Source: Patescibacteria group bacterium
GTDB taxonomy: Bacteria; Patescibacteriota; Patescibacteriia; UBA9570
Direction: 5' to 3'
DNA length: 64,000 nucleotides
Assembly (NCBI GenBank): GCA_041665365.1
Contig: JBAYIY010000007.1
Span: forward strand, 11,103-75,102
Shown: piece by piece, positions 19,270-29,747 of the stretch
Layout: the number at the start of each line of letters is the position of its first letter
Position numbering within the stretch: the stretch's first letter is position 1
Position numbers and translations under genes: made by a program
The notes under the pieces: generated by a model
The model's input: only the letters and a program-made list of their open reading frames with translations
Database searches by the model: none
What the model was told of the DNA's origin: nothing

Positions 19270-20028
19270 ATGGATTCTGGCCTAAATAATGCATTAATAC
19301 GTTTCACCTATATAACTGCGGCTATTATGTTGTTGGTGGGTGTTTATGTTGGCACCAAAACATATATTGAATTTAATCCACAACCAAAAGACCAGCCAAG
19401 CCTCATGGTTAGTGGCACCGGTAAAGCCGTTGGTATACCCGATATTGCCACGATGAGTTTTTCGGTCGTTGAACAAGGCGATACCGTAGCCGCCGTCACA
19501 GCTGCGACTAATACGAGCATGAACAATATTGTCGCCACCATGAAAGGAGCCGGGATAAAAGATGCTGACATAAAAACTACTTCATATAATTTAAACCCAC
19601 GCTATGATTACACTAGAAAAAGTAGTGGCGAAATTATCGGTTATGAACTCACTCAGGGTGTGACAGTAAAAGTACGCAATTTGGATGGCGTTGGAGAAAT
19701 AGTTGATGCTGCTACTCAAGCTGGTGCGAATAATGTGTCTTCGCCGGTTTTTGCCATTGATGATCCTGAAACAGTCAAAACTGAAGCGCGCGCTGAGGCC
19801 TTCGCTAAAGCCAAAACCCGAGCGGAAGATTTAGCCAAAGCCGCTGGTGTCACTTTGGGTGATATTGTGACTTTTTCTGAAAATGACGGTGAAGTGGCGC
19901 CACAACCTTATTATAATGCATATTTATCAGCCGATAGCATGGCAGAAAAATCAGTCGGTGCCGCCATTGCGCCTGGTAGTCAGGAAGTTAATGTGACGGT
20001 TAATGTTACGTACGCGATTCATAATTAA
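19270..20028 (+). CDS. SIMPL/DUF541 family periplasmic-type protein
   Basis: 252 aa with an N-terminal TM anchor. The pattern GTGKAVGIPDIA..SFSV...G and the overall layout are typical of DUF541. Confidence 0.75.
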   Translation: MDSGLNNALIRFTYITAAIMLLVGVYVGTKTYIEFNPQPKDQPSLMVSGTGKAVGIPDIATMSFSVVEQGDTVAAVTAATNTSMNNIVATMKGAGIKDADIKTTSYNLNPRYDYTRKSSGEIIGYELTQGVTVKVRNLDGVGEIVDAATQAGANNVSSPVFAIDDPETVKTEARAEAFAKAKTRAEDLAKAAGVTLGDIVTFSENDGEVAPQPYYNAYLSADSMAEKSVGAAIAPGSQEVNVTVNVTYAIHN

Positions 20029-20033
20029 TTTTT

Positions 20034-20825
20034 ATGCCTGATTTGATTATACAAAATCTACACGCCAGTGTTGATAATAAACCCGTTTTGCAAGGGGTGA
20101 ATTTGACTGTACGGCAAGGGGAGATTCATGCTTTGATGGGTCCGAATGGGTCAGGCAAAACCACTCTTTCACAAGTGATTATGGGTCATCCAAAATATCA
20201 GGTAACAGCTGGCAGTATTGAGTTTAACGGACAGGATATTTTAAAACTAACTCCGGATAAGCGAGCATTATTGGGAATGTTTTTAGCATTTCAATATCCC
20301 AAAGAAATACCCGGTATAAAATTATTCACATTTTTGCGCACGATTTATAACACTAAAACCAAACAGCGTTTAACGATTAAACAATTCCAACAAGTCTTAG
20401 ATGAAAAATTAAATTTGGTGCGGTTAGAAAAAAGTTTTTTGGAACGTTATCTAAACGCTGGTTTTTCTGGTGGCGAAAAGAAAAAAGTTGAGATGCTGCA
20501 GTTAGCTTTACTGCAACCCGATTTAGCCGTGTTAGATGAAACTGATTCCGGTTTAGATATTGATGCTTTACGGACAGTTTGTTCCAGTTTAAAAACAATC
20601 AAAGCCACCCATAATTTAGGTGTGTTATTAATCACTCATTATAACCGCATCTTAGATTATATTGTACCGGATTATGTGCATGTGATGATCGACGGGAAAA
20701 TTGTTCAATCCGGCGATAAAAATTTTGCCAAAGAAGTTGAGGAAAAAGGTTACGATTGGTTGAGAGACCTCACCCCCAACCCCTCTCCTTCTGAAGGAGA
20801 GGGGAGTAAGGGGAGAGGTCAATAA
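20034..20825 (+). CDS. sufC: Fe-S cluster assembly ATPase SufC, with a repeat-derived C-terminal tail
   Basis: Walker A GPNGSGKTT and signature FSGGEKKK. The canonical end ...GYDWL is followed by 18 aa encoded by palindromic element 20765-20820. Confidence 0.9.
   Translation: MPDLIIQNLHASVDNKPVLQGVNLTVRQGEIHALMGPNGSGKTTLSQVIMGHPKYQVTAGSIEFNGQDILKLTPDKRALLGMFLAFQYPKEIPGIKLFTFLRTIYNTKTKQRLTIKQFQQVLDEKLNLVRLEKSFLERYLNAGFSGGEKKKVEMLQLALLQPDLAVLDETDSGLDIDALRTVCSSLKTIKATHNLGVLLITHYNRILDYIVPDYVHVMIDGKIVQSGDKNFAKEVEEKGYDWLRDLTPNPSPSEGEGSKGRGQ
20765..20820. repeat. family-1 palindromic element (short form) inside the sufC 3' end
   Basis: Arms gacctcaccccc ... ggggagaggtc enclose the hairpin cccctctccttctgaaggagagggg. 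Confidence 0.75.
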
Positions 20826-20827
20826 TT

Positions 20828-22264
20828 ATGTCTACTATTCCTCAAACTACCAGGCAGACAACAGACAAAATATTTGCTGGGCTAAATCGTGATACTTTCG
20901 ATCATAAAAATCAATCAAGTTACACCAAACACGCCAGTCGTGGTGTATCGGAAGAACTTGTGCGAAAGATTTCCACACTTAAACATGAGCCAGCTTGGAT
21001 GTTACAAAAACGGCTGGACGGTTTGAAATTATTTTTTGAGAAACCGTTACCAAAATTTGGTCCAGATTTATCGGCTTTGAATTTTGACGAAATTATTTTT
21101 TATGCTTCACCAGATGAAAAAATACCCAGTAAATCTTGGGAGACAGTTTCACCGGATATAAAGAAAACCTTTGAGCGGTTAGGTATTCCTGAGGCTGAAA
21201 AAAAGCTGCTGGCCGGAGTCGGTGCACAATATGAATCGGCGACAGTGTATCATCGTTTAAAAGAGCGTTGGGAAAAACTAGGTGTGATTTTTGAAGATAT
21301 GGATGTAGCTGTCCAAAAATATCCTGACCTGGTGCAAAAATATTTCATGACACGGTGTGTTCCGATTCAAGATCACAAGTTTTCAGCCCTGCATGCCGCC
21401 GTCTGGAGTGGGGGAACATTTTTGTATGTGCCTAAAGGAGTAAAAGTAGATGCACCAATGCAAGCTTATTTTCGGATGAATGCTCAAAACATGGGTCAGT
21501 TTGAGCATACTTTGATAATTATCGAAGCAGAAGCAGAAGCCCATTATATCGAGGGTTGTTCCGCACCGAAATATAATTCAAATTCTTTACATGTGGGCTG
21601 TGTGGAAATATTTGTTGGCAAAAATGCACATTTTCGTTATTCGAGTGTCGAAAACTGGAGCCGCGATACATATAATTTGAATACGAAACGGGCTTTGGTG
21701 GGCGAAGCGGGGAGAATGGAATGGGTGGGTGGTAACATGGGCAGTTGTGTAACGATGTTGTATCCGTGCAGTATTTTGCAAGGGGAACGGGCGCATGCCG
21801 AACATTTAGGTATCGCGTTTGCTGGAGCCGGTCAGATTCAAGATACCGGGGCTAAAGTGATTCACAGTGCGCCTAATACTACGTCTAGTGTAATTATGAA
21901 AAGTCTGAGTAAGGATGGTGGGAAATCAGTCTATCGAGGTTTGCTCACTATTAGTCCTCGAGCCACCGGGTCTGTCTCAAAAATTAAATGTGATGCTTTG
22001 ATTCTAGATGATCATTCTATCTCAGAAACCATTCCGGATATGAACGTGCATACCAGTGATGCTACCATTGGTCATGAGGCCACCGTTGGGCAAATTGGTG
22101 TCGAAGAAGTGTTTTATTTAATGTCGCGCGGTTTATCTGAACAAGAAGCACATGGTATGGTGGTGAATGGTTTCATTGAACCAATCGTAAAAGCCTTGCC
22201 GTTAGAGTATGCCGTGGAAATGAATCGTTTAATTGAATTAGAAATGGAAGGGTCAGTGGGATAA
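20828..22264 (+). CDS. sufB: Fe-S cluster assembly scaffold SufB
   Basis: 478 aa. Full-length SufB-like sequence by recollection, located between sufC and sufD. Confidence 0.9.
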   Translation: MSTIPQTTRQTTDKIFAGLNRDTFDHKNQSSYTKHASRGVSEELVRKISTLKHEPAWMLQKRLDGLKLFFEKPLPKFGPDLSALNFDEIIFYASPDEKIPSKSWETVSPDIKKTFERLGIPEAEKKLLAGVGAQYESATVYHRLKERWEKLGVIFEDMDVAVQKYPDLVQKYFMTRCVPIQDHKFSALHAAVWSGGTFLYVPKGVKVDAPMQAYFRMNAQNMGQFEHTLIIIEAEAEAHYIEGCSAPKYNSNSLHVGCVEIFVGKNAHFRYSSVENWSRDTYNLNTKRALVGEAGRMEWVGGNMGSCVTMLYPCSILQGERAHAEHLGIAFAGAGQIQDTGAKVIHSAPNTTSSVIMKSLSKDGGKSVYRGLLTISPRATGSVSKIKCDALILDDHSISETIPDMNVHTSDATIGHEATVGQIGVEEVFYLMSRGLSEQEAHGMVVNGFIEPIVKALPLEYAVEMNRLIELEMEGSVG

Positions 22265-22266
22265 TT

Positions 22267-22926
22267 ATGATCATTATCGATGGTTCACAATCTATCAATA
22301 AATTAGCCGTTAAACCAAACGAGCAGTTAGAAGTTTTACTATTATTAAAAAAAGCTTGCGCTATTACTTGTTCAATTATATTAGAAGTTGATAGCTCAGT
22401 AAAATTTTATAGTGCTATTTTAGGTGGTAATGTTCAGTGTGAAGTAAATATTAATCATGTGGGTGCCGGTAGCACCAGTGAGCATACCGGAATATTTTTT
22501 GGCACCAAACATGATCAGTTTAAATTAAATTATTGGAACAATCATACTGCTCAACACACGTCTGGTAAAATAAACATTCATGGTGTGTTGTTTGATAGTG
22601 CCTACTGTGATTTTAAAGGGAATATTAAGATTCAACAAACTGCTTTAGATACCAAAGCGTCACTGGATGAACACACCTTATTGTTAGGTGATAAAGCCAG
22701 AAGTGATGCTGTGCCACAATTGGATATTCACACTAATGCTGTGCAAGCGTCGCATAGTTCCGGTATAACCAAGTTAGATGATGAGATCTTGTATTATTGT
22801 GCTAGTCGTGGTTTAACTCCAGAAACAGCTAAGCAATTAATTGTGCGCGGCTGGTTGGCAGAATGTATTACCTCACCAGAGGTGCAAAATTTAGTTGATA
22901 AACAATTAGGTTATGTTGAAGCATGA
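22267..22926 (+). CDS. sufD: SufD-like Fe-S assembly protein (short form)
   Basis: 219 aa. C-terminal beta-helix region similar to SufB/D (LLLGDKARSD..P.L.I....V.ASHS). Operon position supports the call. Confidence 0.7.
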   Translation: MIIIDGSQSINKLAVKPNEQLEVLLLLKKACAITCSIILEVDSSVKFYSAILGGNVQCEVNINHVGAGSTSEHTGIFFGTKHDQFKLNYWNNHTAQHTSGKINIHGVLFDSAYCDFKGNIKIQQTALDTKASLDEHTLLLGDKARSDAVPQLDIHTNAVQASHSSGITKLDDEILYYCASRGLTPETAKQLIVRGWLAECITSPEVQNLVDKQLGYVEA

Positions 22927-24076
22927 TTTCCCAATTTTAAATAATAAGCTGGTTTATCTGGATAATGCCGCTACCAGTCAAAAGCCGGAAGCTGTATGGC
23001 AGGCCATGGATCAGTTTTATCGTACCACTAATGCCAATGTACATAGAGGTTTATACCGTATTGCCGAGCAAGCTACTACACAATATGAAGCGGTGAGAGA
23101 TACGGTAAAAAATTTTATTGGTGCAAACTCACGTGAAGAAATTATTTTCACCAGTGGCACAACGGCTAGTATCAATTTATTAGCTTATTCATTAAGTAAT
23201 TTATTATTACAACCCGGTGATGTAATATTGTTATCTAAAGTTGAACATCATAGTAATTTAGTGCCATGGCAATTAGCTGCGCAGAGACATCAAGCAAAAC
23301 TGGAATTTTTCGATCCAGCCAATTTACCCAACCAATTACCGGAGCGTACTAAAATTGTCTCTATGGCACATATTGCCAATAGTAGTGGTTTAATTTTACC
23401 AATAGAAAAAATTATAGCCTTAGCTCATGTCAATAATATTCCAGTGATTATTGACGCTGCCCAGAGTGTGCCGCATTTAGCAATTGACGTGCAAAAAATA
23501 AACTGTGATTTTATGGCTTTCTCCGCTCATAAAATGTGTGGGCCTACGGGTATTGGTGTGTTGTATGGTAAAAAAAACTGGCTGGAAAAATTAGAGCCGG
23601 TTAATAGTGGGGGAGACATGATTCGAACTGTATCGCTACAAGAAGCCACTTGGAATGATTTACCCTATAAATTTGAAGCCGGCACACCGAATATTGCCGG
23701 GGTAATCGGTTTGGGTGCAGCCATTAAGTATCTTCAGAATATTGGTCTGGAGAAAATACAACAAACTACTAATGATGTTTATCAATATTTATTAGAACAA
23801 ATCCAGCAATTAGATTTTGTCACTACTTATGGGCTTACTAAACATGCCAGCAGTATAGTGTCATTTAATGTTAAAGGCGTTCATGCCCATGATGTGGCCA
23901 GTATCTTAGATCAATCTAATGTGGCGGTGCGCGCTGGCCATCATTGTGCTCAACCAGTGATGGAACAGTGGGGCGTACCAGCTACCGTTCGCGCCAGTGT
24001 GTATTTTTATAATGATAAAGCAGATATTGATAAATTAATTGTGGGGTTAAAAAAAGTGTATGAGAGATTTAAATAG
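22913..24076 (+). CDS. sufS: cysteine desulfurase SufS (class V aminotransferase)
   Basis: YLDNAATSQKP, the PLP-Lys region SAHKMCGPTG, and RAGHHCAQP containing the active-site Cys. Confidence 0.9.
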   Translation: MLKHDFPILNNKLVYLDNAATSQKPEAVWQAMDQFYRTTNANVHRGLYRIAEQATTQYEAVRDTVKNFIGANSREEIIFTSGTTASINLLAYSLSNLLLQPGDVILLSKVEHHSNLVPWQLAAQRHQAKLEFFDPANLPNQLPERTKIVSMAHIANSSGLILPIEKIIALAHVNNIPVIIDAAQSVPHLAIDVQKINCDFMAFSAHKMCGPTGIGVLYGKKNWLEKLEPVNSGGDMIRTVSLQEATWNDLPYKFEAGTPNIAGVIGLGAAIKYLQNIGLEKIQQTTNDVYQYLLEQIQQLDFVTTYGLTKHASSIVSFNVKGVHAHDVASILDQSNVAVRAGHHCAQPVMEQWGVPATVRASVYFYNDKADIDKLIVGLKKVYERFK

Positions 24077-24081
24077 ATAGT

Positions 24082-24441
24082 ATGGATCCCTATCAACAAC
24101 AAATTCTCGAACACTATAAAAACCCACTCAATTTTGGTTTGTTAACCAACCCTTCATATACACGTGTAGAAAACAATCCCACTTGTGGGGATAGTTTTAC
24201 TGTTAGCATCCATGTGAATGACGTTGGTGTGATTGATGCGGTAGGGTTTGCAGGAGTTGGTTGTGCCATTAGTACTGCGGCGGCTTCGATGTTGACTGAA
24301 ACAATTAAAGGCAAACAATTATCTGAGGTGCTCGCTTTAAAACCCCAATCTGTGCTAGATTTACTTGGTATTGAATTAGGTCCAACCAGATTAAAATGCG
24401 CTTTATTACCACTGCAAGCTATTACCAGACTTACCTTATAG
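24082..24441 (+). CDS. sufU: SufU/IscU-like Fe-S scaffold or sulfur acceptor
   Basis: 119 aa. NP.CGD, GCAIS and C-terminal Cys motifs. Confidence 0.8.
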   Translation: MDPYQQQILEHYKNPLNFGLLTNPSYTRVENNPTCGDSFTVSIHVNDVGVIDAVGFAGVGCAISTAAASMLTETIKGKQLSEVLALKPQSVLDLLGIELGPTRLKCALLPLQAITRLTL

Positions 24442-25934
24442 GTTTGCTGATAAGTTTCATCTTACCCAGTACGGTTTTAGCGTACACCGCAACGGGTGAT
24501 GGTTGCTTTGAGCGCGAGCCAGGTGTTATGCGTTTAACTAAACCCAGTTGTAGTTTTATTGTAACACCCACTCAAACTGATGAGTTTGTACAGTTTAGTT
24601 TGGAAAATGTCGATCCAGATACAGTGATTGTAACGCCGGGCTTAACCGGTATACTAAATGAACCAACTACCTTTACAGTGGAACCTTGGTATCAAGTACA
24701 AGACGATCTGTGGTTTGTAGCGTTATCTGATAATCAAGCGCGTGGCACAATTGAAGCTAATCCGGTGTTTGAAGATATCGTACCGCTAGTTGATGCTATC
24801 AACCCACCATTCATGACTAACTCAGGTGATTTAATACAGGGGAGTACCGACCCTGCCATATTGCCGGATATGTTTCAGTCGGTCTTGGATACACTGACTG
24901 ATACTACTGTGCCGATGTATCCAGTGCCAGGTAATCATGATTATGATGAAAATTTAGTGACCTACTCAAGCTATTTTGGTTCACCGGATTATGGTTTTGA
25001 TATTGGACCGGCACGCTTGGTGGCTTTATCAACCGCTGGCAGCACTAGCCGTGGTAGGGTGACTACTGAACAAATCAATTGGTTAGATAATATGTTGGCT
25101 AGCACGTCACTGCAAACCATCGTCTATTTTCATCATCCAATTATTACTCCAGCGTGGGGCAAAACAGCTTGTTGTTTTGAAAATAATACTGAACGAGATC
25201 ATTTAGCAACGGCGCTTAGTACCTATTCCGCCGATCTGGTAATAAACGGCCATTCACAAGGGTATGACTATCAATTATTATCAGCTGGTTTATATCAAAT
25301 CATTACTGGTGGGGCCGGTGGTCGCATTGCGCAGCCGGATGGTGAACAGCACTTTGTTTTGGTGCATGTCACTCCAACTGAGGTTTCCCATATTATGTTT
25401 CCATTGGCTGATACCGCTCTAGCGTTTGATCAAACCAATAACTCTGGCCAGTACACTCAGGCAAAGATAACTAGTGAATATACCGGGTTAACCGATTTAC
25501 CCTATTTACGTTTGAAATTCAAATTACAATATCAACCCGATGCTACCTATGTGGTTTATGATGATCAGGGCAATATTTTGCCATACCAAAGCCAGGTGTA
25601 TGATGATGAGATTATTTTACTAGCCCAAACGCAACAGATAAAAAACACTACCGTAATTTATACGGCGCAAGCATTATTTCAAGTTACACCAAGTAACCTA
25701 ACAACTCAAATTCATCGGGTTAAACCAGTAACCTCCGGGTATAGTTGGGTCGAACGTCCCTTTGATAAAACTGTTGATACCACTTATCAATTAAATCATT
25801 TATCTGGTAAACAGGAAGTTAAGGTGTATGTGAATGGACACCTGCGCCGAAACATACCGGTAAAACAAGGGCAAGCTACTTTCACATTATTCAGTAACGT
25901 TAGGCGCCGCCATGTGATTGTGATATACTCATAA
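24396..25934 (+). CDS. secreted calcineurin-like metallophosphoesterase
   Basis: N-terminal hydrophobic signal. GDLIQG, GNHDYDEN, FHHP and NGHSQGYD motifs. Confidence 0.7.
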   Translation: MRFITTASYYQTYLIGLLISFILPSTVLAYTATGDGCFEREPGVMRLTKPSCSFIVTPTQTDEFVQFSLENVDPDTVIVTPGLTGILNEPTTFTVEPWYQVQDDLWFVALSDNQARGTIEANPVFEDIVPLVDAINPPFMTNSGDLIQGSTDPAILPDMFQSVLDTLTDTTVPMYPVPGNHDYDENLVTYSSYFGSPDYGFDIGPARLVALSTAGSTSRGRVTTEQINWLDNMLASTSLQTIVYFHHPIITPAWGKTACCFENNTERDHLATALSTYSADLVINGHSQGYDYQLLSAGLYQIITGGAGGRIAQPDGEQHFVLVHVTPTEVSHIMFPLADTALAFDQTNNSGQYTQAKITSEYTGLTDLPYLRLKFKLQYQPDATYVVYDDQGNILPYQSQVYDDEIILLAQTQQIKNTTVIYTAQALFQVTPSNLTTQIHRVKPVTSGYSWVERPFDKTVDTTYQLNHLSGKQEVKVYVNGHLRRNIPVKQGQATFTLFSNVRRRHVIVIYS

Positions 25935-25941
25935 ATATAAT

Positions 25942-26301
25942 ATGCGCAGACATCTAAATACATTTATCTTGACGGCCGTTGGTATATTAATCATCGCGCT
26001 CGGTTTATTAATTTACCCCTATATTGTACCTTTTAAAAAAGCTGTACCCATTAACACTAATACCACCGAGAACATAGTATCAGATCGAAACGAGCTGTTA
26101 GTGTTGCATATTGGGCAACTGGTTACGTCCAGTAAAACCGGTTTAGAATTGACTCTTACTAAACAAAACTCTATTCACACATCAGTTGGTGATATAGAAT
26201 TTACCGTTGCTGGTGAGACAAAAACAGTTGGTCAGTATAATATTCGTCTCGTCAGCTCTACCGCTACGGCGGCGCAAGTGTTAGTTATGGCTGTCGAATA
26301 G
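25942..26301 (+). CDS. membrane-anchored hypothetical protein
   Basis: 119 aa with a single N-terminal TM. Confidence 0.45.
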   Translation: MRRHLNTFILTAVGILIIALGLLIYPYIVPFKKAVPINTNTTENIVSDRNELLVLHIGQLVTSSKTGLELTLTKQNSIHTSVGDIEFTVAGETKTVGQYNIRLVSSTATAAQVLVMAVE

Positions 26302-27541
26302 CCCCGGCACTGTTGACTAACCATTTGTAAGTAGTCAAAGCCACTAAACCCATCGGTCCGCGGGCATGGAGTTTTTGGGTAGAGATACCAATTTCAGCAC
26401 CTAAACCAAACTCAGCCCCATCGGTAAACGCCGTAGATGTATTCACATAGACAGCGGCAGCATCAACTTTTTCCTGAAACTGTTTAGCTTTAATTTTATT
26501 TTGTGTGATAAGCGCTTCTGAGTGGCCGGAAGTGTATTTTTGGATAAAATCAAAGCCAGTCTGAAAAGATGGGACGGTTTTTATAGATAATGTGAGAGCT
26601 AAAAATTCTTTACCGTAATCACTGTTATCTGATAATTCTAATAAATTTTTCGGATAAATCTTTTTTAAGATATTAAAACTAAATTGATCAGCTTTAATAA
26701 GAACCTGATGTTGAATTAATTTAGGTAATAAAACAGCATAGAGTTTTTTAGAGATAACTTGTTCGACTACTAAACAATCTAAAGTATTACACACGCTTGG
26801 TCGTCTGGTTTTTGCATTCACAATCACTCGGCTGGCTATTTTAATATCGGCTGATCGTTCCACAAAAGTATGACACACACCAGCTCCAGTTTCTATCACT
26901 GGTATTGTTGCCGTAGCACGGACATATTGTATTAAGCGATTACTACCGCGTGGTATAATCACATCAACTAAACTATGGGCTTGTAATAGTTGAGTGGTGA
27001 GAGATCGATCTGAAGAATCAAGCATTAGTGCACAACTAGGTGAAATTTTTTCGGATTTTAAAATTTTATGAATTATTCTAATCAGTGTTTGATTGGTATA
27101 AAAAGCATCGTGACCACCTTTGAGAATAACGGCATTGCCAGTTTTGAAACAGAGACTAAATACCTCAATGGTGACGTTCGGTCGTGCTTCATAAATTACC
27201 GCCACGACGCCCAGCGGCACTCGTTGTCGTTTGATATATATTCTCGAGGGCATGGTTCGTGTTTCCAATATTTCACCAATGGGGTCGGGCAATTTAATCA
27301 CATTAATTAAACCATCAGCCATAGACTTAATTCTAGATTCGGTTAATGTCAGCCGATCCAGCATGGTGTAACCCACAGGCAAATTACTAATATCTTTTTT
27401 ATTGGCGCGCAATATTAGGGTGGTATTTTGAACAAGTACTAAACTTAGTTTTTTTAAGACCAGATTTTTTTGTTGCGTTGTTAAACCAGCTATTATCCGG
27501 CTGGCTTGTTTGGTTTTAACTAATTGTTTTGTAAGATTCAT
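26285..27541 (-). CDS. proA: gamma-glutamyl phosphate reductase
   Basis: 418 aa. Aldehyde dehydrogenase-like, with the CNTLDCLVV catalytic Cys region. Operon with proB/proC. Confidence 0.9.
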   Translation of the reverse strand: MNLTKQLVKTKQASRIIAGLTTQQKNLVLKKLSLVLVQNTTLILRANKKDISNLPVGYTMLDRLTLTESRIKSMADGLINVIKLPDPIGEILETRTMPSRIYIKRQRVPLGVVAVIYEARPNVTIEVFSLCFKTGNAVILKGGHDAFYTNQTLIRIIHKILKSEKISPSCALMLDSSDRSLTTQLLQAHSLVDVIIPRGSNRLIQYVRATATIPVIETGAGVCHTFVERSADIKIASRVIVNAKTRRPSVCNTLDCLVVEQVISKKLYAVLLPKLIQHQVLIKADQFSFNILKKIYPKNLLELSDNSDYGKEFLALTLSIKTVPSFQTGFDFIQKYTSGHSEALITQNKIKAKQFQEKVDAAAVYVNTSTAFTDGAEFGLGAEIGISTQKLHARGPMGLVALTTYKWLVNSAGAIRQP

Positions 27542-28269
27542 GAGTGTGATAAATCTTTGGCACGTTGATAAGCCACTTGAATAGCCTCACGCCAAATACC
27601 AGATAAATTGTTTTTTTCAAACACTTTTAAAGCTTCTTCTGTTATACCACCCTTGGTGGCTAATCTATTTTTTAAAGTTTCAATATCTTCTTGATTATTT
27701 TCAATTAATGCTAGTGTACCTTTATAAGTTTGTTCCACTAATAGTTTACTTTGCTCAGGAGTAAAACCTAAGTCTTGTGCAGCAGACATATAAATTTGTA
27801 GAATAGTTAAGAGATAAGCCGGTCCACAACCACTAATAGCGGTACTTTTATCAATCCAATCATCATTTTCTACCTGTAATAATTTAGTTTTTTTTGTTAA
27901 TAACTTTGTGAACCAATTGGTTTGATCTGGTGTCACCTGGTTTGTTTGGCACCACACAGTCATACCAACACCAACTTGAATGGTAGTGTTTGGCATACAT
28001 CTTATAATTTGATTACTGCCAGTGATGGTATTAATCTGACCAGTTGTGATGCTAGCCATCACTGAGATGATTAATTTACTTGCAAACGGCAGGGGAGATA
28101 AAGTTTTAAAATCTTGGGGTTTAATGGCAAACACAATACAGTTATATTGATCCCACAAAGTGGTTAAGAAAGTTTGACGAGTAATGATAATACTATCGGG
28201 TATTAATTCATGAATAATAGAACCCATGTTGCCACCACCAATAATGGCTACCTTAAACACATTAGACAT
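27538..28269 (-). CDS. proC: pyrroline-5-carboxylate reductase
   Basis: VAIIGGGNMG Rossmann motif and C-terminal TKGGITEEAL. Confidence 0.85.
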   Translation of the reverse strand: MSNVFKVAIIGGGNMGSIIHELIPDSIIITRQTFLTTLWDQYNCIVFAIKPQDFKTLSPLPFASKLIISVMASITTGQINTITGSNQIIRCMPNTTIQVGVGMTVWCQTNQVTPDQTNWFTKLLTKKTKLLQVENDDWIDKSTAISGCGPAYLLTILQIYMSAAQDLGFTPEQSKLLVEQTYKGTLALIENNQEDIETLKNRLATKGGITEEALKVFEKNNLSGIWREAIQVAYQRAKDLSHS

Positions 28270-29338
28270 AAAGTAATTTCAATTTATCAGCATGAATTAA
28301 TGGTTTTTCTAAAGGACGTTTTTTCTTAACAGTATCGGCATCGTAAGCCACTAAACCGCAGGCGATAATTTGCCCGGCTTGATTTTCGATCGATATAATA
28401 TCTCCATTTTTAAAATCACCTTTTACCTCGGTAATGCCAACCGCGAGTAAACTCTTGCGTTGTTTAATGGCATCTTCGGCACCGACATCTATCACCACAC
28501 TGCCAAAATTATTCCGGGACGATAAAAACCAGCGAATCTTAGCTTGTTCAGAGCGGCTCGGTACGGCCTGTGGAGTGAAGACAGTGCCGGGTGGGTCATT
28601 ATCGGCCAGTAAAGTGTAGGTAGTAAGATTCATACCATTAGCAATCACAGTTTGAATGCCGGCATACCACGCTAAGCGCGCTGCTTCCACTTTGGCATAC
28701 ATGCCGCCAGTACCAACATCGGAAGTTTCGGTACTCAACATGCGTAAAAGCACATCGGGCTGTTTAACCGAATGAAATTTTTTCGCAGTCTTATCGGCAA
28801 AAGGGTTTTTGTCATATACGCCGTCAGTGTTAGTGAGCAGAACTAACCGATCAGCGTCTAAAGCAATGGCGATAACAGCAGCTAAACCGTCGTTACCACC
28901 GGAGGATAATTCAAGTGTGGTAACTACATCGTTACCATTCACGATTGGTACTATACCTTCTTCTAACATGTGTTTAAAAACAGCTGTGGTGTTGTAATAG
29001 CGATTCAATTCAGAAAAAGTATTACGGGTGAGTAAAGCTTGCGCCACTGTGATATTTACCTGATTAAAGGCTTCAATTAAAGCATGAATCAAATACGGCT
29101 GACCAACAGCAGCGTAAAGTTGGCGTCGTGCCATGGTGGTGTATTTACTCTTTTCTTCTGGGGTTAGTTGGACGTGTTGTTTACCAATACTAGCGGCACC
29201 AGAACACACAATCACTAGTTCATGGCCGGCTTGTTTTAAAGCCGCACACTGCTCGGCCACTTGGTTTAACCAACCTTGATTTAATTGTGGCTCACCATGC
29301 AGTAAGACGTTCGAACCAAGCTTAATAATAAGCCGCAT
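28262..29338 (-). CDS. proB: glutamate 5-kinase with PUA domain
   Basis: Start moved to MRLIIKLGSNVL (29338). Amino-acid kinase fold motifs VCSGA, GNDGLAA and TDGVY. C-terminal PUA-like region. Confidence 0.9.
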   Translation of the reverse strand: MRLIIKLGSNVLLHGEPQLNQGWLNQVAEQCAALKQAGHELVIVCSGAASIGKQHVQLTPEEKSKYTTMARRQLYAAVGQPYLIHALIEAFNQVNITVAQALLTRNTFSELNRYYNTTAVFKHMLEEGIVPIVNGNDVVTTLELSSGGNDGLAAVIAIALDADRLVLLTNTDGVYDKNPFADKTAKKFHSVKQPDVLLRMLSTETSDVGTGGMYAKVEAARLAWYAGIQTVIANGMNLTTYTLLADNDPPGTVFTPQAVPSRSEQAKIRWFLSSRNNFGSVVIDVGAEDAIKQRKSLLAVGITEVKGDFKNGDIISIENQAGQIIACGLVAYDADTVKKKRPLEKPLIHADKLKLLYV

Positions 29339-29747
29339 ATTGAAGCAAAGTAAAAACCACTCCACATAAACTGCCTACGGCAATTTGCCAGGGAGTATGC
29401 CCTAAGCGCGTCACAATCAAATCATGTGGAATACTATGATGATGATCTTTGGCATGTTCAGTTAATAAATCTCCTAACATTTTGCCTTGTTTACCCAGTT
29501 GTTGGCGAATACCAGCCGCGTCACGAATAATCACTAAATAGAAAAAGAAACTGAGCGCAAACAAAAAAGAATCGAACCCTTGGGTGAGACCAGCTAAAGT
29601 GGTTAAGGATGCAAATAAAGCTGAATGGCCAGAGGGCATACCACCATAAGTATTCAAAGAGGTTGGCCGATGATAGTAAAAGGTATCAATAGCCATTTTT
29701 ATCAGCTGTGTTATAATCAGGCTAACAAACGGTATGATTAGCAACAT
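29322..29747 (-). CDS. divergent PAP2 (DUF212/YuiD-like) membrane protein
   Basis: GGMPSGHSALF ... RDAAGIRQQLGKQG ... GHTP.Q...G motifs. Confidence 0.75.
   Translation of the reverse strand: MLLIIPFVSLIITQLIKMAIDTFYYHRPTSLNTYGGMPSGHSALFASLTTLAGLTQGFDSFLFALSFFFYLVIIRDAAGIRQQLGKQGKMLGDLLTEHAKDHHHSIPHDLIVTRLGHTPWQIAVGSLCGVVFTLLQYAAYY

Noticed and set aside
29734-29747. 14-nt head-to-head overlap of the uppP and divergent PAP2 gene starts
   Set aside because: This is unusual, but both N-termini carry family motifs (TQLIK in the PAP2 protein; GFIQGVTEFLPISSSGH in UppP). I therefore kept both calls and do not treat the overlap as a finding. An alternative non-ATG start cannot be resolved by eye.
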